Source of the DNA: Eledone cirrhosa
Taxonomy: Eukaryota
Length of the DNA stretch: 64,000 bases
Direction: 5' to 3'
NCBI GenBank assembly: GCA_964016885.1
Contig: OZ024752.1
Coordinates: 14,756,001 to 14,820,000, forward strand
Shown here: piece after piece, positions 27,517 to 40,420 of the stretch
Numbering within the stretch: position 1 is the stretch's first letter
How the letters are laid out: every line of letters begins with the position of its first letter
Notes under the pieces: generated by a model
What the model saw: only the letters and a program-made list of their open reading frames with translations
Databases searched by the model: none
What the model was told of the DNA's origin: nothing
Program-made: the position numbers and the translations under genes

Positions 27517-28700
27517 GTGTATGTGTGTGTATATATGTGTGTGTATATATATATGTGTATATATATATGTGTGTTTATATATGTGTGTGTATATATGTAT
27601 ATATATGTATGTGTATATATATATGTATGTGTATATATATATATGTATGAATGTGTATGTATATATATGTATGGGTATGTATATATATGTATGTGTATGT
27701 ATATATATATATGTATGTGTATGTATATATATATGTATGTGTATGTATATATATGTGTATGTATATATATATGTATGTATGTGTATGTATATATATGTAT
27801 GTATGTATATATATGTATGTATGTATATGTATGTATGTATGTATATATATGTATGTATGTATATATATGTATGTATGTATATATATGTATGTATGTATAT
27901 GTATATATATGTATGTATGTATATATATGTGTGTATGTATATATATGTGTGTATGTATGTATATATATGTGTGTATGTATGTATATATATATGTCTGTAT
28001 GTATGTATATATATATGTGTGTGTGTATGTATATATATATATATATGTGTGTATGTATATGTATATATATGTGTGTGTATGTAGATATATATATATGTGT
28101 GTGTATGTATATATATATATATGTGTGTATGTATATATATATATATGTGTGTATGTATATATATATATATATATGTGTGTATATATATATATATATGTGT
28201 GTATGTATATATATATATATGTGTATGTATATATATATATATATGTGTGTATGTATATATATATGTGTATGTATATATATGTGTATGTATATATATGCAT
28301 GAGTGTATGTATATATATATATGCGTTTGTATATATATATATATATGTACGTATATATATATATATGTGTATGTACGTATGTAAATATATGTGCGCGTTT
28401 GTGTATATATCTATGTGTATATATGTGTGTGTATGTATGTATATATATGTATGTGTGTATGTATGTACATTTATGTCTGTATGTATGTATATACATGTGT
28501 GATGTATGTATATATATGTGTGTGGGTGTATGTATATATATGTGTGTGGATCTATGTATATATATGTGTATGTATGTATATATATGTGTATGCCTGTATA
28601 TATATGTGTGTGTGTGTATATATATGTATGTATGTGTGTGTATATACTTATATATATATAGGTGTATACATATATGTATGTATACATAATATATGATATA
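27345..28700. repeat. Compound (TA)n/(TATG)n/(TG)n microsatellite
   Basis: direct reading. Confidence 0.95.
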
Positions 28701-29014
28701 TATTTGTGTGTCTTTATTGATATATATTGCGTAACAGGAATGTTGGTGAATGAAGCTAGAAGTTCTCAAATTTAGCGACGATGATCTCTTACTGTAAACT
28801 ATATTTCCTTAAGGATATAAAGTCAATTCAAATGTTTCAGTATTAACATCCCCACTACAATATGCGGATTATAAGAAATAACCCCTTTTATTCATTTTAA
28901 AGGGTGGTTTGAATCATAGATTGCAATATTTCGTTAAAGAAGCAAATAAAAAGAGACTGAATTATCATTGAAATGTAATGTTTTCTTGAGGAAAGTTTTG
29001 TGAATCATCTAAAC

Positions 29015-29328
29015 CAAGGATGTCCAACATATTCCATTAGCTGGGCCACTTTTAAACATTGGAACAACTATTAGGGCCATTAACATTTATCAAGCACTAT
29101 CCGAAAGATGCACCACAACTTTTTTCCACAATATGGCATTGGGAAATTATAACACGCATAACCCTATCAGTGAAGCCCTTGAGCATAGGTCTACTAACAG
29201 AAAATTGTATTACGGATACGAAAATAATTGTAAATAAGCCTAAAAGGTAAAAAACGGTCATCGCGGGCGACTCTAACTGGTTTAGCGGACATGACTCTGG
29301 CCCGCGGGCCCCCTGTTACACGCCCCTG
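29015..29328. mobile_element. hAT (Charlie-like) MITE, diverged
   Basis: termini caaggatgtccaac / gttacacgcccctg, subterminal ggcccgcgggcc, imperfect 8-bp TSD atctaaac/atctaggc. Confidence 0.7.
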
Positions 29329-30267
29329 ATCTAGGCGATACTTTAGACTTTACTTTGATTTAATAAGGTTGTAGTTCATCACATATTTAACCAATAAATA
29401 TTCAATCAACATGAAAAAACGTAGTGTGAAATTACAATGTTCTCAGCCAAATACATATATTTATGTAAAGAAATTGTTTGATTAAATTCAAATATTTAGA
29501 ATTAAATGTATATTTAAAAACGGGAAAACACATTAGCTTAACATATCAACGTCACAGGTACATCAAATATTCCTCGTCTCTCAAAAAAACGTTTCACCCT
29601 AAATATACACAGCTAATGGATTCTTTACAATTCGCGATTAATAATAGTTTCTCAAGTATAAAAGAACTGAGATGTGTTCATCGAACAATTTGTTTAACCT
29701 AACTCCTATTCTCACTCTCGTTCTCACTCTCAAATATTTACATAGCTACTGAATCACCAAAATGATTGAACATACACACGCATTTTCTCATTTCCTTGAT
29801 CAATATAGAAAGTTGAACGCTCAATGCAATGAACAAGCAGTGAGCTATCGGATGCTGACTTTGTCAATGTGCATTAGCTTTCAAAGATATAGTTTCCAAC
29901 TTTCTGCTTCTCGCTAGAAACACCTATTTTGTTCACTCAGGCTTGGGCTTTGATTTTCCCCATAATATATTTCCACTCCATTATAAAACTATTTCACATC
30001 TATCTCTGCCACAGACTGTGGTTATTTCTGGCATAGCGTCTACAAAGTTATCACTGATGTTGTGTCTTGATAATTGTTTGAACCCATCATCCGAATTAAT
30101 TTAATAGCTCCCTAAGTACTCTCGGTTCCCAAATAATGGGCGAGGGTTGGAATAAGCGGGAGCAATTGGTTGAACATTTGCTTAAATTGTTATACGCGAG
30201 GGTGGAATCGGTAACTGTATAGTGCACGTTCGTAAATATTGTAATGTACTGTTTGTGTTATATATAA

Positions 30268-30453
30268 TTGTTTCTACTTTTGGCACAAGGCCAGCAATTA
30301 ACCAGTACATTACTGGTACTTTATTTTATCGACCCTGTAAGGATGAAAGGCAAAGTTAACCTCGGCGGGATTTGAACTCAGTTCGTAAAGGGACTTAACT
30401 ATGCTGGAAAGCATGGCGTCCGACTCTCTACCTATACTGCTAATCCACCGCCC
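30268..30453 (-). mobile_element. tRNA-derived SINE with TSD (tgttatatataa)
   Basis: shared body, flanking duplication. Confidence 0.9.
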
Positions 30454-30841
30454 TTTTGTTATATATAACATTTGTTTAATGTAAAATAAAATAATTATTA
30501 GATTATCTAGCTGTTGTATCAATATGAATCACTTACAATAATATTTGGCCGGAGATAGAGTAGAAACATTTAATAAGTGGGTGTGGTGATGGGGGTAAAT
30601 AAAAGCGGTGTGTGTGTCGCTGGGGTATGGGTGAGGTCTGAAAAAAAAATAAGCGGTTAGAGGAGGTGAACAATTATACAAAACCTGATAGTACGTGTAT
30701 TAGATAATACCGTCAATGAAGCCAGGCCCGCAATATTCGAAGGCAACTATGTATGTATTATTTATAACTACAATAAATAAACTATTGCCATAGTAAGATG
30801 GAGTAGAACCTCACATAAACAGGTTCGTGATGATATCATAA

Positions 30842-31028
30842 TTGTTTCTACGTTTGGCACAAGGCCAGCAAGTATCTCAGTGCATTACTGGTACATTATT
30901 TTATCGACCCCGTAAGGATGAAAGGCAAAGTTAACCTCGGCGGGATTTGAACTCAGATCAGGCAGGGCCGTAACTCTATGCTGCAACGCATGGCGTCCGA
31001 CACTCCAACGATACTGCTAATCCACCGC
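30842..31028 (-). mobile_element. tRNA-derived SINE
   Basis: shared body. Confidence 0.9.
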
Positions 31029-31984
31029 GAGGATATAATAATGATTACTTTCTCTTTCTTTATTTATTTTGGTAATGATAAACTTAAGTTTCGTCTCTTG
31101 TTTCTTGGCATATAATACAGATTAAAACCTAAGATAAACCTACGATTATTCAAATAACTGAACCACATGGTCCATCAATTAACCTGTACGTAGCGATGTA
31201 TTCAAAACAAATGTACTCTTAGTTCAAGTGGAATGAGGCAATGTATGTCACAGTATCGATCATATTCTGTTCTAGTTTTAACGATCTATTTACTGACAAA
31301 ACACTAACAGGACATAAAGACATATAAACAATATATATATATATATACTATATAAATTGGAAGTGGTCGGACGTTGTATATGTAGTTGTAGTCGGATAAA
31401 CGTCGAAATGGCTTAGTGGATTGCAGCGAAAATTTGCAGTTATGCAGAATGACACGAGGAGGCGTTGGGTCGACTTTCAAGCTACAAGCTTCCATGGGTA
31501 CGGAGAAAATCGAGGAAAGAGGAATTTCCCATTCAAATTGAACTGAGAGTAATCTGTGAACGCAGAAGTAAATATTTCGAGAAACGTTGCAACCGAAGGA
31601 AAACAGGAAGACGATATGTTGGTTCGTGAAGACGTTCCCTGGCAATGAACGGAAAAAAGCGAGGATAATACGTCATTTGGAGCGGAAAGAACAATTTCAT
31701 ACGAAGACAAGACCAAGTTTAGGGTGTAAATGGAGTCGTTAGACTAATATTCTATTTAAAATAACCGAATGATTTCCAGTCCCGGAGTTTAAGAATGATG
31801 TAAATAAAATTGAAAACGAAAATGACAGAGGTTATTAAAATAGTAAACGTAAATAATAAAGATTTAGGCCAGTACATACGTATGCGGCGACGGACATACA
31901 CATACATACGCACACACAAATACATACACACCCACAAACACACACACATACACACACACACGCACGCACGCACGCGCGTATGTA

Positions 31985-32393
31985 TAAACCTTATGCATTT
32001 CTACAGTATTTTCACCAAACTTAAGACGTAGGTTACTTATGTACTCCGGATGGTCATGAACACTTTCATTTTTCCAGATAATGATTATAAAGTCTCCCGG
32101 CAGATAACCCCCTTTAACCACTTCCTTATGCAATGCAACAAAACGTCATAACTTCTGGAGTTCGCAACCGATTTCACAAAACTTGACACATGGGCTCCGT
32201 GTGTCCTACATATGAACGTGAACTCTCAGAATTTGCACATATTGAGTAGGCTACTCCTGGGTGCAGGAACCCCCTTTTGGAAGAAGCCGATGATTTTGTT
32301 AAAGTATAGTTTTCGAAGCAGCACTGAAATATTGACATAAATGGTATACACAACTGCTATTTAATACCCGAGCAACGCCGGATACCACTGCTA

Positions 32394-32394
<1 letters not shown>
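31985..32394 (+). mobile_element. Non-autonomous Helitron 3' portion (5' boundary uncertain)
   Basis: cccgagcaacgccgg hairpin-like motif then CTAG|T; internal repeated ttttcaccaaactt / atttcacaaaactt motifs. Confidence 0.65.
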
Positions 32395-32440
<46 letters not shown>

Positions 32441-32444
32441 CGTG

Positions 32445-32507
<63 letters not shown>

Positions 32508-32642
32508 TGCGCGTGTGTGTGCGTGTAATATTTATATATATATATGTCTGTGTGTGTGTGAGAAATATATATGTAGTATACCTACATATAAACATATACA
32601 TACATATTTGTGTGTGTGTGTGAAATATATATATAGTATATC

Positions 32643-32711
<69 letters not shown>

Positions 32712-33094
32712 GTGTGTGTGTGTGTATGTAAATAGGACATTTTTGTACTAAGATAGAGGTTATTTTATTTTTATTTATTCTTTGTTAAATTGATGAACCA
32801 CGTCTAACCTGAAATTTCTTAGCATAACTAGATGAGAAGCAATTTAGCCATGTTATACATACATGCATTTATATATATATATATATATAGGTGAATGTTT
32901 GTGTGTACTATATATATATATATATAATACGTATATATATACACACACACACACACACAGATATATACATACATGTATGAACACAGCTATGCTGCAGCAA
33001 ATATCCTAATTCTATTTCTTTCTCTAGCTATATTTATATATATATATATGTATATGTAAATAAATATGTACATGTATATATGTATGTATATGTT

Positions 33095-34325
33095 TGTGAT
33101 GGAAGCAGTTGTGGTTCAGTTTCAATAACATATTGGGCATGAGTGTCAATAGGATATTTCTCGTAGGATAGCTGTGGGAAGGGTATTTGACCCTGTCCAA
33201 AATGTTTGGGATAGGCCATATGTGGGCAAATCATTTACACCCAGTGAAACAATCCTGTCTTCCATGTCAAACAATGCTCTGTTATAGACTTTATCACTGG
33301 TACCTTCCATTCCAGGGTACTGGAATCCTACTTGACGTTTAAATTCCTCAGAAAGGTCATCTCTATACTTGTCCCACAAAGTGGTAGGATTACTCAGTTC
33401 AGATGTTTGCAACAATACTGCAAATAGTACCCTGAGACTTCTAGGTGATTGTGATGAAGCAGCCTCTCCCAAAGTTGCATCCCATTCGGCACCATCTTCT
33501 AACAGTTCTTGTTTAAAGCAGGCTTCTCTGTACGTAGCACACACATATCCATCAACAGTTTTTAAGGCCTTGGAAACACCTTGGTCCCCTGACCTCATGT
33601 AGTAGCAGACGGAGATAGAAACACTTGTGTTGTCTGGGATGCACTGTGTAAACTCTTCCGAGACAAATGTCAGACTTCATGCGAGGGTATCCATCAACAG
33701 CTTCACCTGCATTTCTTCGGGCCCATTTCGTCTTATCCCATGTATAGTAGGACGGCACATGGGAATACAGCAAATGGATCTTCTTGCCAAAGTTTGAAGA
33801 ACGCAACAAGGGTGGTGTCCCTTGGTTCCTCTGCCAATTGAGCAGCATTAGCGTTGGGGAAGTAAACCCTTTGGCCATTTTGCAGGTGCACTGCAAGCTG
33901 TTCAATGACAGGGTGCCTTTGCTTTGGTGTAGGGAAAAGCCAAAAATGCGCCAGAAGACCTCGTTGCTGCTGATGTATCGTCCGACCTGATTCTGCGTTA
34001 CCTCGTCCCGACTGTTTTCCTGTTGAAGGCCAAACTTGGCAGCATCTGAACCTTTATTTACATACATATGTACTTGATGGACTTTACGGAGTTGCAAAAT
34101 TCAATATTTTTATAGGCGTTGAATATCTTGGACAGAAGTGGGCAGCCCGGAATAATCACCTGTTGTCACCCTCGTATTCTCCCTGGCTGTAAATCTTCCA
34201 TCTTCTGGTTTCCTTCATCTGTATGATGGATATCCAGCATTACCAGTCTGGGTTTCAAGAAGGAACTTCTTGGGAATACAAGTTGTTGGGGGTACCCGGC
34301 TTTTATCGGGTATTAAATAACAGTC
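33095..34325 (-). pseudogene. Helitron Rep/helicase fragment (end of Rep and Rep-Hel linker), frameshifted
   Basis: YVNKGSD, GRYISSNE, YYTW, GRVYTVHP..FYLRLLLHEVRGP, TYREAC..LLED..W, LRVLFA..LWDKY: conserved Helitron linker motifs. Confidence 0.9.
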
Positions 34326-35245
34326 GTTTATATATATAAAACAGTCGTGTATATATGCGTGTATATGTATGTATATATATATGTGTGTGTATATGTGTGT
34401 ATGTATGTGTATGTATGTATGTATGTTATATGTATATATGCATATGTACATATGTTATATTTATGTGTATGTATGTGTGTGTATATGTAAGTATGGTGTG
34501 CGTATACGCGTATGTACGTGTATGCATGTGTATATGTATGTGTGTATATACATATGTAAGTATACGAGTGTATTGTTTGTATATGCGTATGTAGTTGCAC
34601 GTATGTATGTATATATATATATGTATATGTATATATATATGTGTATATGTATATATATGTGTGTGTATGTGAGTATATATGTGAATATATATATATATAG
34701 ATATATATATGTATGTGTATGTAAATATATATGTGCATGTATATATATATATGTATGTATGGGTATATATATATAGTAATAATAATAAATGTGAAAACTA
34801 AAATCAAAAGAGGGCTCGCTCGATAAGTATAAATATATATCAAATATAAAAGAACCCTAGATCCCGTTAAGGGTGAAATCAGCGATTCTTTGCTTAAACT
34901 TTAATCTGTTATTTTAATATATATTTCTCAACCTGTTAGTTCTTTCGTTACTTTCGTATTGTGTGTTCGATTTTGCCTACCACAATTTTCAATTTGTCAA
35001 GCTATTTAAACGTAGGTTATTCCCCTAAGGAGCTACCTTGTCGAGTGCTTTGCTAACTTATTCATAGTTTGCTTACTTATTCGAAGTTGCTTGCACACCG
35101 CCAAAGATTCGATTTTACTAAGTATCCAAATATATATATATATATTTATATATATATAGTAATAATGATAAATTTGAAGACTAAAATCCAAAGAGGGCTC
35201 GATAAGGATAAATATATATCAAATATATAAGAACCGTAAAGCAAA

Positions 35246-35373
35246 TATTTATTAAAATAACAGATTAAAGATTACGCAAAGAATCGCTGCTTTCACCCTT
35301 AACGGAATCTTCTGAAGATCCCGTTAAGGGTGAAAGCAGCGATTCTTTGCTTAAACTTTAATATGTCATTTTA

Positions 35374-35378
<5 letters not shown>
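35246..35378. repeat. Fold-back palindrome of the CAGAAGA hammerhead family, centred on the catalytic core
   Basis: arms mirror around atcttc-t-gaagat. Confidence 0.8.
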
Positions 35379-35412
<34 letters not shown>

Positions 35413-35416
<4 letters not shown>

Positions 35417-35961
35417 TGTATGTATATATATATACATACTAATGTACGTATATATACATATATGTATGTACGTCTACATACTTATATTTAAGTAACAGCC
35501 GTACTAAGAGTGGGAAATGAAATTTCGTTTCATTTTATCCGTTTATCGTTTTCGGTGCACCCGGCCGATTAACCCACTCGATATGCAAGTTGGGCTACTC
35601 AGCCGTTAATATGCATAAGGTAAGTATATACGTTCAACAATCTGGCAGGAAGGTATACGTTGCTGACGATAGCTAATAAGCTTGAAACTAGTACAGCGTT
35701 CCTTTGTCAGTGTTGAACAAACGAGCAACGATGGTTGCTAGACACTATGGCTTAATACGGGATGTTTGTTTACAAACACACCGAGCATTATAATAAATGT
35801 TCGGTAAATCTATACATACATATATATATGTGTGCATGTATGTATATATATATACATACTACTGTACGTCTGCATACATATATGTATGTACGTGTACATA
35901 CTTATATTTAAGTAACAGCCGTACTAAGAGTGGGAAATGAAATTTCATTTCATTTTTGTCC

Positions 35962-35965
<4 letters not shown>
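35413..35965 (+). repeat. 420-bp unit with ~130-bp partial tandem duplication
   Basis: agtgggaaatga at 35509 and 35929. Confidence 0.8.
35657..35699 (+). ncRNA. Intact minimal type I hammerhead
   Basis: ACGUUG CUGACGA U AGCU AAUA AGCU U GAAA CUAG UA CAGCGU. Confidence 0.8.
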
Positions 35966-35996
<31 letters not shown>

Positions 35997-36000
<4 letters not shown>

Positions 36001-36190
36001 AACCAGTAAGACCCCGACAGCTGAGCTCAAGCCGTTTCGACGGCTAATTCTGGACTCCAGAATTAGCCGTCGAAACGGCTTGAGCTCAGCTGTCGGGGTC
36101 TTACTGGTTCCTATTACCCACTCTACTACCTCAAGTATTGAGTACTTTGGTGCGTTATGGTCCACCTGGTTCCTTACCACATTTCCTTTG

Positions 36191-36192
<2 letters not shown>
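35997..36192. repeat. Perfect 117-bp palindrome (3' half of the 25953 hammerhead family) plus tail
   Basis: 35997-36113 self-complementary; diverged sister at ~49188-49390. Confidence 0.9.
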
Positions 36193-36222
<30 letters not shown>

Positions 36223-36463
36223 ATTGGTTTATCGTAACATAATTTATAACTTTTGGGTGCTACATTTGTCAGATATAAGCAAGGTGTTCTTTATGTTCGC
36301 TTTTTTGAACAACTATTGCTTACAGCTACATATTAGGAAACATACTTCTATGTATAATTCAGATAACTCGAACGCATTATGATGAAAAATTGCCATTATT
36401 TCAAAATAAAATATATACGCAAGTGCTTACAATATTTAGTTCATATTAATGTATACATATATG

Positions 36464-36653
36464 AGGGCGGTGAATTGGCAGTATCGGTAGAGGGTCGGAC
36501 GCCATGCTTTGACGCATAGATTTACGGCCCTTGCCATTCTGAGTTAAAATCCCGCCGAGGTTAACTTAGCCTTTCATTCTTACGGGGTCGATAAAATAAG
36601 GTACCAGTAATGTACTGGGATAATTGCTGGCCTTGTGCCAATAGTAGAAACAA
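36464..36653 (+). mobile_element. tRNA-derived SINE
   Basis: shared body. Confidence 0.9.
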
Positions 36654-37149
36654 TTAATGTATATATTCCATTAAGTAAACATATTTCATTTATTTGAAAA
36701 AGCGATCAGCTGACTGAATATGTGAAAGACATTACAAAAAATGATTGGTAGAATTATTAATGTTAGTAAGAAAAGTAATATCATTTACATCATTAATATT
36801 GTATATTATAAAAATGAAAGACTTGCAATATTGCAAGGCTGAACGCAAAGATGAAAGTATTGCTACCACACAATATTAATCTATAGTATTTAAACCTACT
36901 GTATTCAGCCAGAAATCTCTCACCTATCTCTGATGAAACCGTCCATAACCGGCTACTCATACTTATGTTAAGGTAGCATGCGTAAAGCATATCATATTAA
37001 ATGAATAGAAGTAAACATATACACAGATATACACCAGATAAGAACACAGAGGAGCTGAACTCACACTGTCATCGCCTGCGTCTCTCTCGTTTTCCCTATC
37101 TCTCACTATTATGGGCAAGTGGGGTCCAACTTGCTGCCGCCCCACGGTC

Positions 37150-37290
37150 CCGCCGGACAAAATAGAGAAGGCGTTGCCTCGGCGGATGATGAGGGAGATG
37201 CGCTGCAAGTGCCATTCCATCTCGCGAGGCTCACACATACGGCTAACCAGCTCAGCGCTTATGGTGGCGAGTAAGGAGGTAGCCCTATGT
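37150..37290 (-). pseudogene. C-terminal fragment of a CRE-like (restriction-like endonuclease) non-LTR retrotransposon
   Basis: LQRISLIIRRGNA resembles the QRxSxxxQRGNA C-terminal motif of CRE-type elements. Confidence 0.6.
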
Positions 37291-37727
37291 ATTGCTCTCA
37301 AAACAAATAATATCAAATTCTCGTAGATTCTATATTATGTGAGATAAAGTGTTTACCGTAAAAATACAATAGTAAATATAGAGTAATGTAAATGATAAAG
37401 GGTTACATTCTGAGAAATGTGGAGATGCAATTTCCACTTTGGAGGAAAGAAGCATTTCTTTATTTCTAAAAGCAATGAAGCGCATATAATCTAGTGCACA
37501 AATAAACATGTTTCTAAGCTGTCAGAAAATATGTATGTAAAGCGTTGGACAACATGCTTCATGGTATAAATGTATGGCTCATTATGTTACTGTTGAAAAT
37601 ACTGCCGAGGTCACCTTTACCTTATATCCTTACCGGGGTTGATGAATTAGAGTAACAGCTACACACTGGGGTATCTTAATCCAACTTCCCCTTTCCCAAA
37701 AGTTGGATTTGTGCCTAAATCCAAAAC

Positions 37728-38198
37728 TTCTTCTCCGACTTCTTCTTCTTCTTCTCCGCCTTCTTCTTCTTCTTCTTCTTCTTCTTCTTCTTCTTCTTCT
37801 TCTTCTTCTTCTTCTTCTTCTTCTTCTTCTTCTTCTTCTTCTTCTTCTACTACGCCTTCTTCTTCTTCTTCTTCTTCTTCTTCTTCTTCTTCTTCTTCTT
37901 CTTCTTCTTCTTCTTCTTCTCCGCCTTCTTCTTCTTCGCCGCCTTCTCCTTCTTTTTCTTCGCCTCCTCCTTCTTCTTCTTCTTCTTCTTCTTCTTCTTC
38001 TTCTTCTTCTTCTTCTTCTTCTTCGTCTACACCTCCTTCTTCTTCTTCTTCTTCTTCTTCTTCTTCTTCTTCTTCTTCTTCTTCTTCTTCTTCTTCTTCT
38101 TCTTCTTCTTCTTCTACGCCTTCTTCTTCTTCTTCTTCTTCTTCTTCTTCTTCTTCTTCTTCTTCTTCTTCTTCTTCTTCTACGCCGCCTTCTTCTTG
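37728..38198. repeat. (TCT)n trinucleotide repeat with interruptions
   Basis: direct reading; source of poly-L/poly-S ORFs. Confidence 0.95.
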
Positions 38199-39120
38199 TT
38201 AGCCAACCATCTTAGTTGGGGCCTATCTCTGGGTCAGTTGCCGACTGCTTCTCTCGTATATCGGCGCAGTAAGCTCTCAATTCGGAGGAGTAGCGGCTCT
38301 ACCTGGTACATGAACATATTCTAGGACCGAAATGTGCATCTTTATGGAGTATGTTACGTTGTTTTGTGGGTTTTTTTTACTTTAAGGGTACCGCAGAGGA
38401 AAAAATAATTAAATAATGATGCTCGAACAATTTGCCAACTTGGATTAACATCTGTCATTTTGTTTTCCGAAATTATATATATCTTTTAAAAAAAAGAATC
38501 TAAAGCGTGTCTTCTTGTAAAGAGTAAAATGACTGTTTTATCTATTGCGGAAACTTTTGCGGTGGTAAAATGTGAATGAAATTTTATCATTTTTTTATTT
38601 CGATATTGTGGGATATTGATTTTATATTCTTCAAGAAAGACAAGGTTTTATTGACTATGGAATAATGCATGTCATTATTAGAAGCATTTCTCGAATTAAA
38701 TCTCACTGAAAGCAAAAATAGGTTTGCAAATGAACTACTTTACGGCTTAGCTTTTGTGTAAGGTGCTTTCTATATTATAATATTTCAAGTGACAAACAAA
38801 TCATCATGAATAGGATTCTGTACATTGTCAGAACAATTAGCTCGCATAAAGTGTGTTTTCGCGTTCTGATGAAAGCTACCATGACGCTATTGAGAGAGAA
38901 TATGCAAATGTAAGGAATAATATTTCGGCATTTATAAAACGTTAACTTGGAAAAATTATGGATACACAATATTAATTGTTAAATATGATCAGAAATCAAT
39001 TTTATAAGCTTCACACGAAAGAGGTAATCGATAATTTTCGAAGTTATGACATTAAAACCTTACGGATAATTTTAGTATAGATAAGAAATATTCAATAATA
39101 TTTATGAATAATTAGTGAAG

Positions 39121-39477
39121 AAAGGGCCGTAACTACATGCCGCAAAATATGTCGTGCAACGCTCTACTAATACTGCCAATCCACCACCCTTAATAATGGT
39201 TTCTTATACAAGGCCAGCAATTACCCCAGTGCATTACTGGTACTTTATTTTATCGACCCCGTAGGGATGAAGGGCAAAGTTACCCTCGGCGGGATTTGAA
39301 CTCAGATCATAAAGGGGCGTAACTCTATGCTACACAGAATGGCGTCCGACTCTCTATCGATAATGCTCTTAATAATAATAATGTTTCTACTTTTGACACA
39401 AGGCCAGAAATTACCCCAGTGTGTTACTGGTACTTTATTCTATCGACGCCAAAAGGATGAAAGGCAAAGCTAACCTA
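39121..39477 (-). mobile_element. Cluster of three partial tRNA-derived SINE copies
   Basis: shared body segments. Confidence 0.8.
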
Positions 39478-39534
39478 ATATTAATAAAAAGCGGAAGAAA
39501 AAAAGAATACAATAATTAAGGAACTGGCACAGAA

Positions 39535-39900
39535 AGAAACATGTATTTAGGGATCAATGAAGGTAAAGGTATTCATGACGCCAGCATGAAAGGGAACAGC
39601 AGGAAGGAATGCTATCGGTGAGGATGTGCTGTCTTGGAAACTGAGCTAACCACAAGAAAGAAAGTAACTGTTATAAATATTCTTGCAATCCTAGTTGCCA
39701 CCTATAATTTCAAAAGCATAAATTGGAAAATTAATGAAAGTGAAACAAAGAAAATATACACCGAAACCAGGAAACTTCTATGTAATAAATTACATCAGCT
39801 AAATGCAGGTGTTGATCGCTTCCAACATCTTTAGTTGAAGAAGACTTTGAGAAGTGATCCGGATTGTATTGTCATTCAAATTAGCGACTATTTCATTCGA
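39535..39900 (+). pseudogene. R4/Dong-like non-LTR RT C-terminal fragment
   Basis: KECYR*..VLETEL..KKVTVINILAILVATYNF..INW..TRKLL..VDR resembles the post-RT region of R4-type elements. Confidence 0.6.
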
Positions 39901-39930
39901 ACAAAACCTTTAAAAAAAAGATGAGTTGGT

Positions 39931-40099
39931 AATTGTATCTATTTTTGGCACAAGTGTATTACTGGTACTTTATTTTATTGACCCCGTAAGGATAAAAGGC
40001 AAAGTTAACCTCGGCTAGATTTGAACTCAGACCATAAAGGGCCGTAATTCTTTGCTGCAAAGCATGGCGTCCGACCCTCTACCGATACTGCCAATCCAC
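39931..40099 (-). mobile_element. tRNA-derived SINE
   Basis: shared body. Confidence 0.85.
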
Positions 40100-40294
40100 G
40101 TTGATAATGATGTTGCAGAATGTAAAGGGAGGAAGACTGTTCACCCAATCAGGAGGGAAAATAGGTAGTTCGTAGAATAATTAAGAATATATAGTTAAAA
40201 GTTAAAAAACACACACACACACACACGCACGCACGCACGCACGCACGCACCATTATGTAGGTATATACACATTCTAGAATGGCCGTTGACTATC

Positions 40295-40420
40295 TTGGGA
40301 TTTGGGTTTTGATCCTGCAAGATGTCGAATATCAGCCTCCTTACCAAGCAAGTTTGGTGGGGTTGCCCGGTTTAGTCACTGAGACTACGATTCTGCAGCA
40401 TACGTACAACCCGACTGTGC
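40295..40420 (-). mobile_element. Diverged 5' fragment of the RTE-like retroposon
   Basis: tggtggggttgcc..tttagtc and atcctgca match the 5' part of copy 7344-7902. Confidence 0.6.

Noticed and set aside
37703-38215. Poly-Leu / poly-Ser ORFs
   Set aside because: (TCT)n microsatellite.
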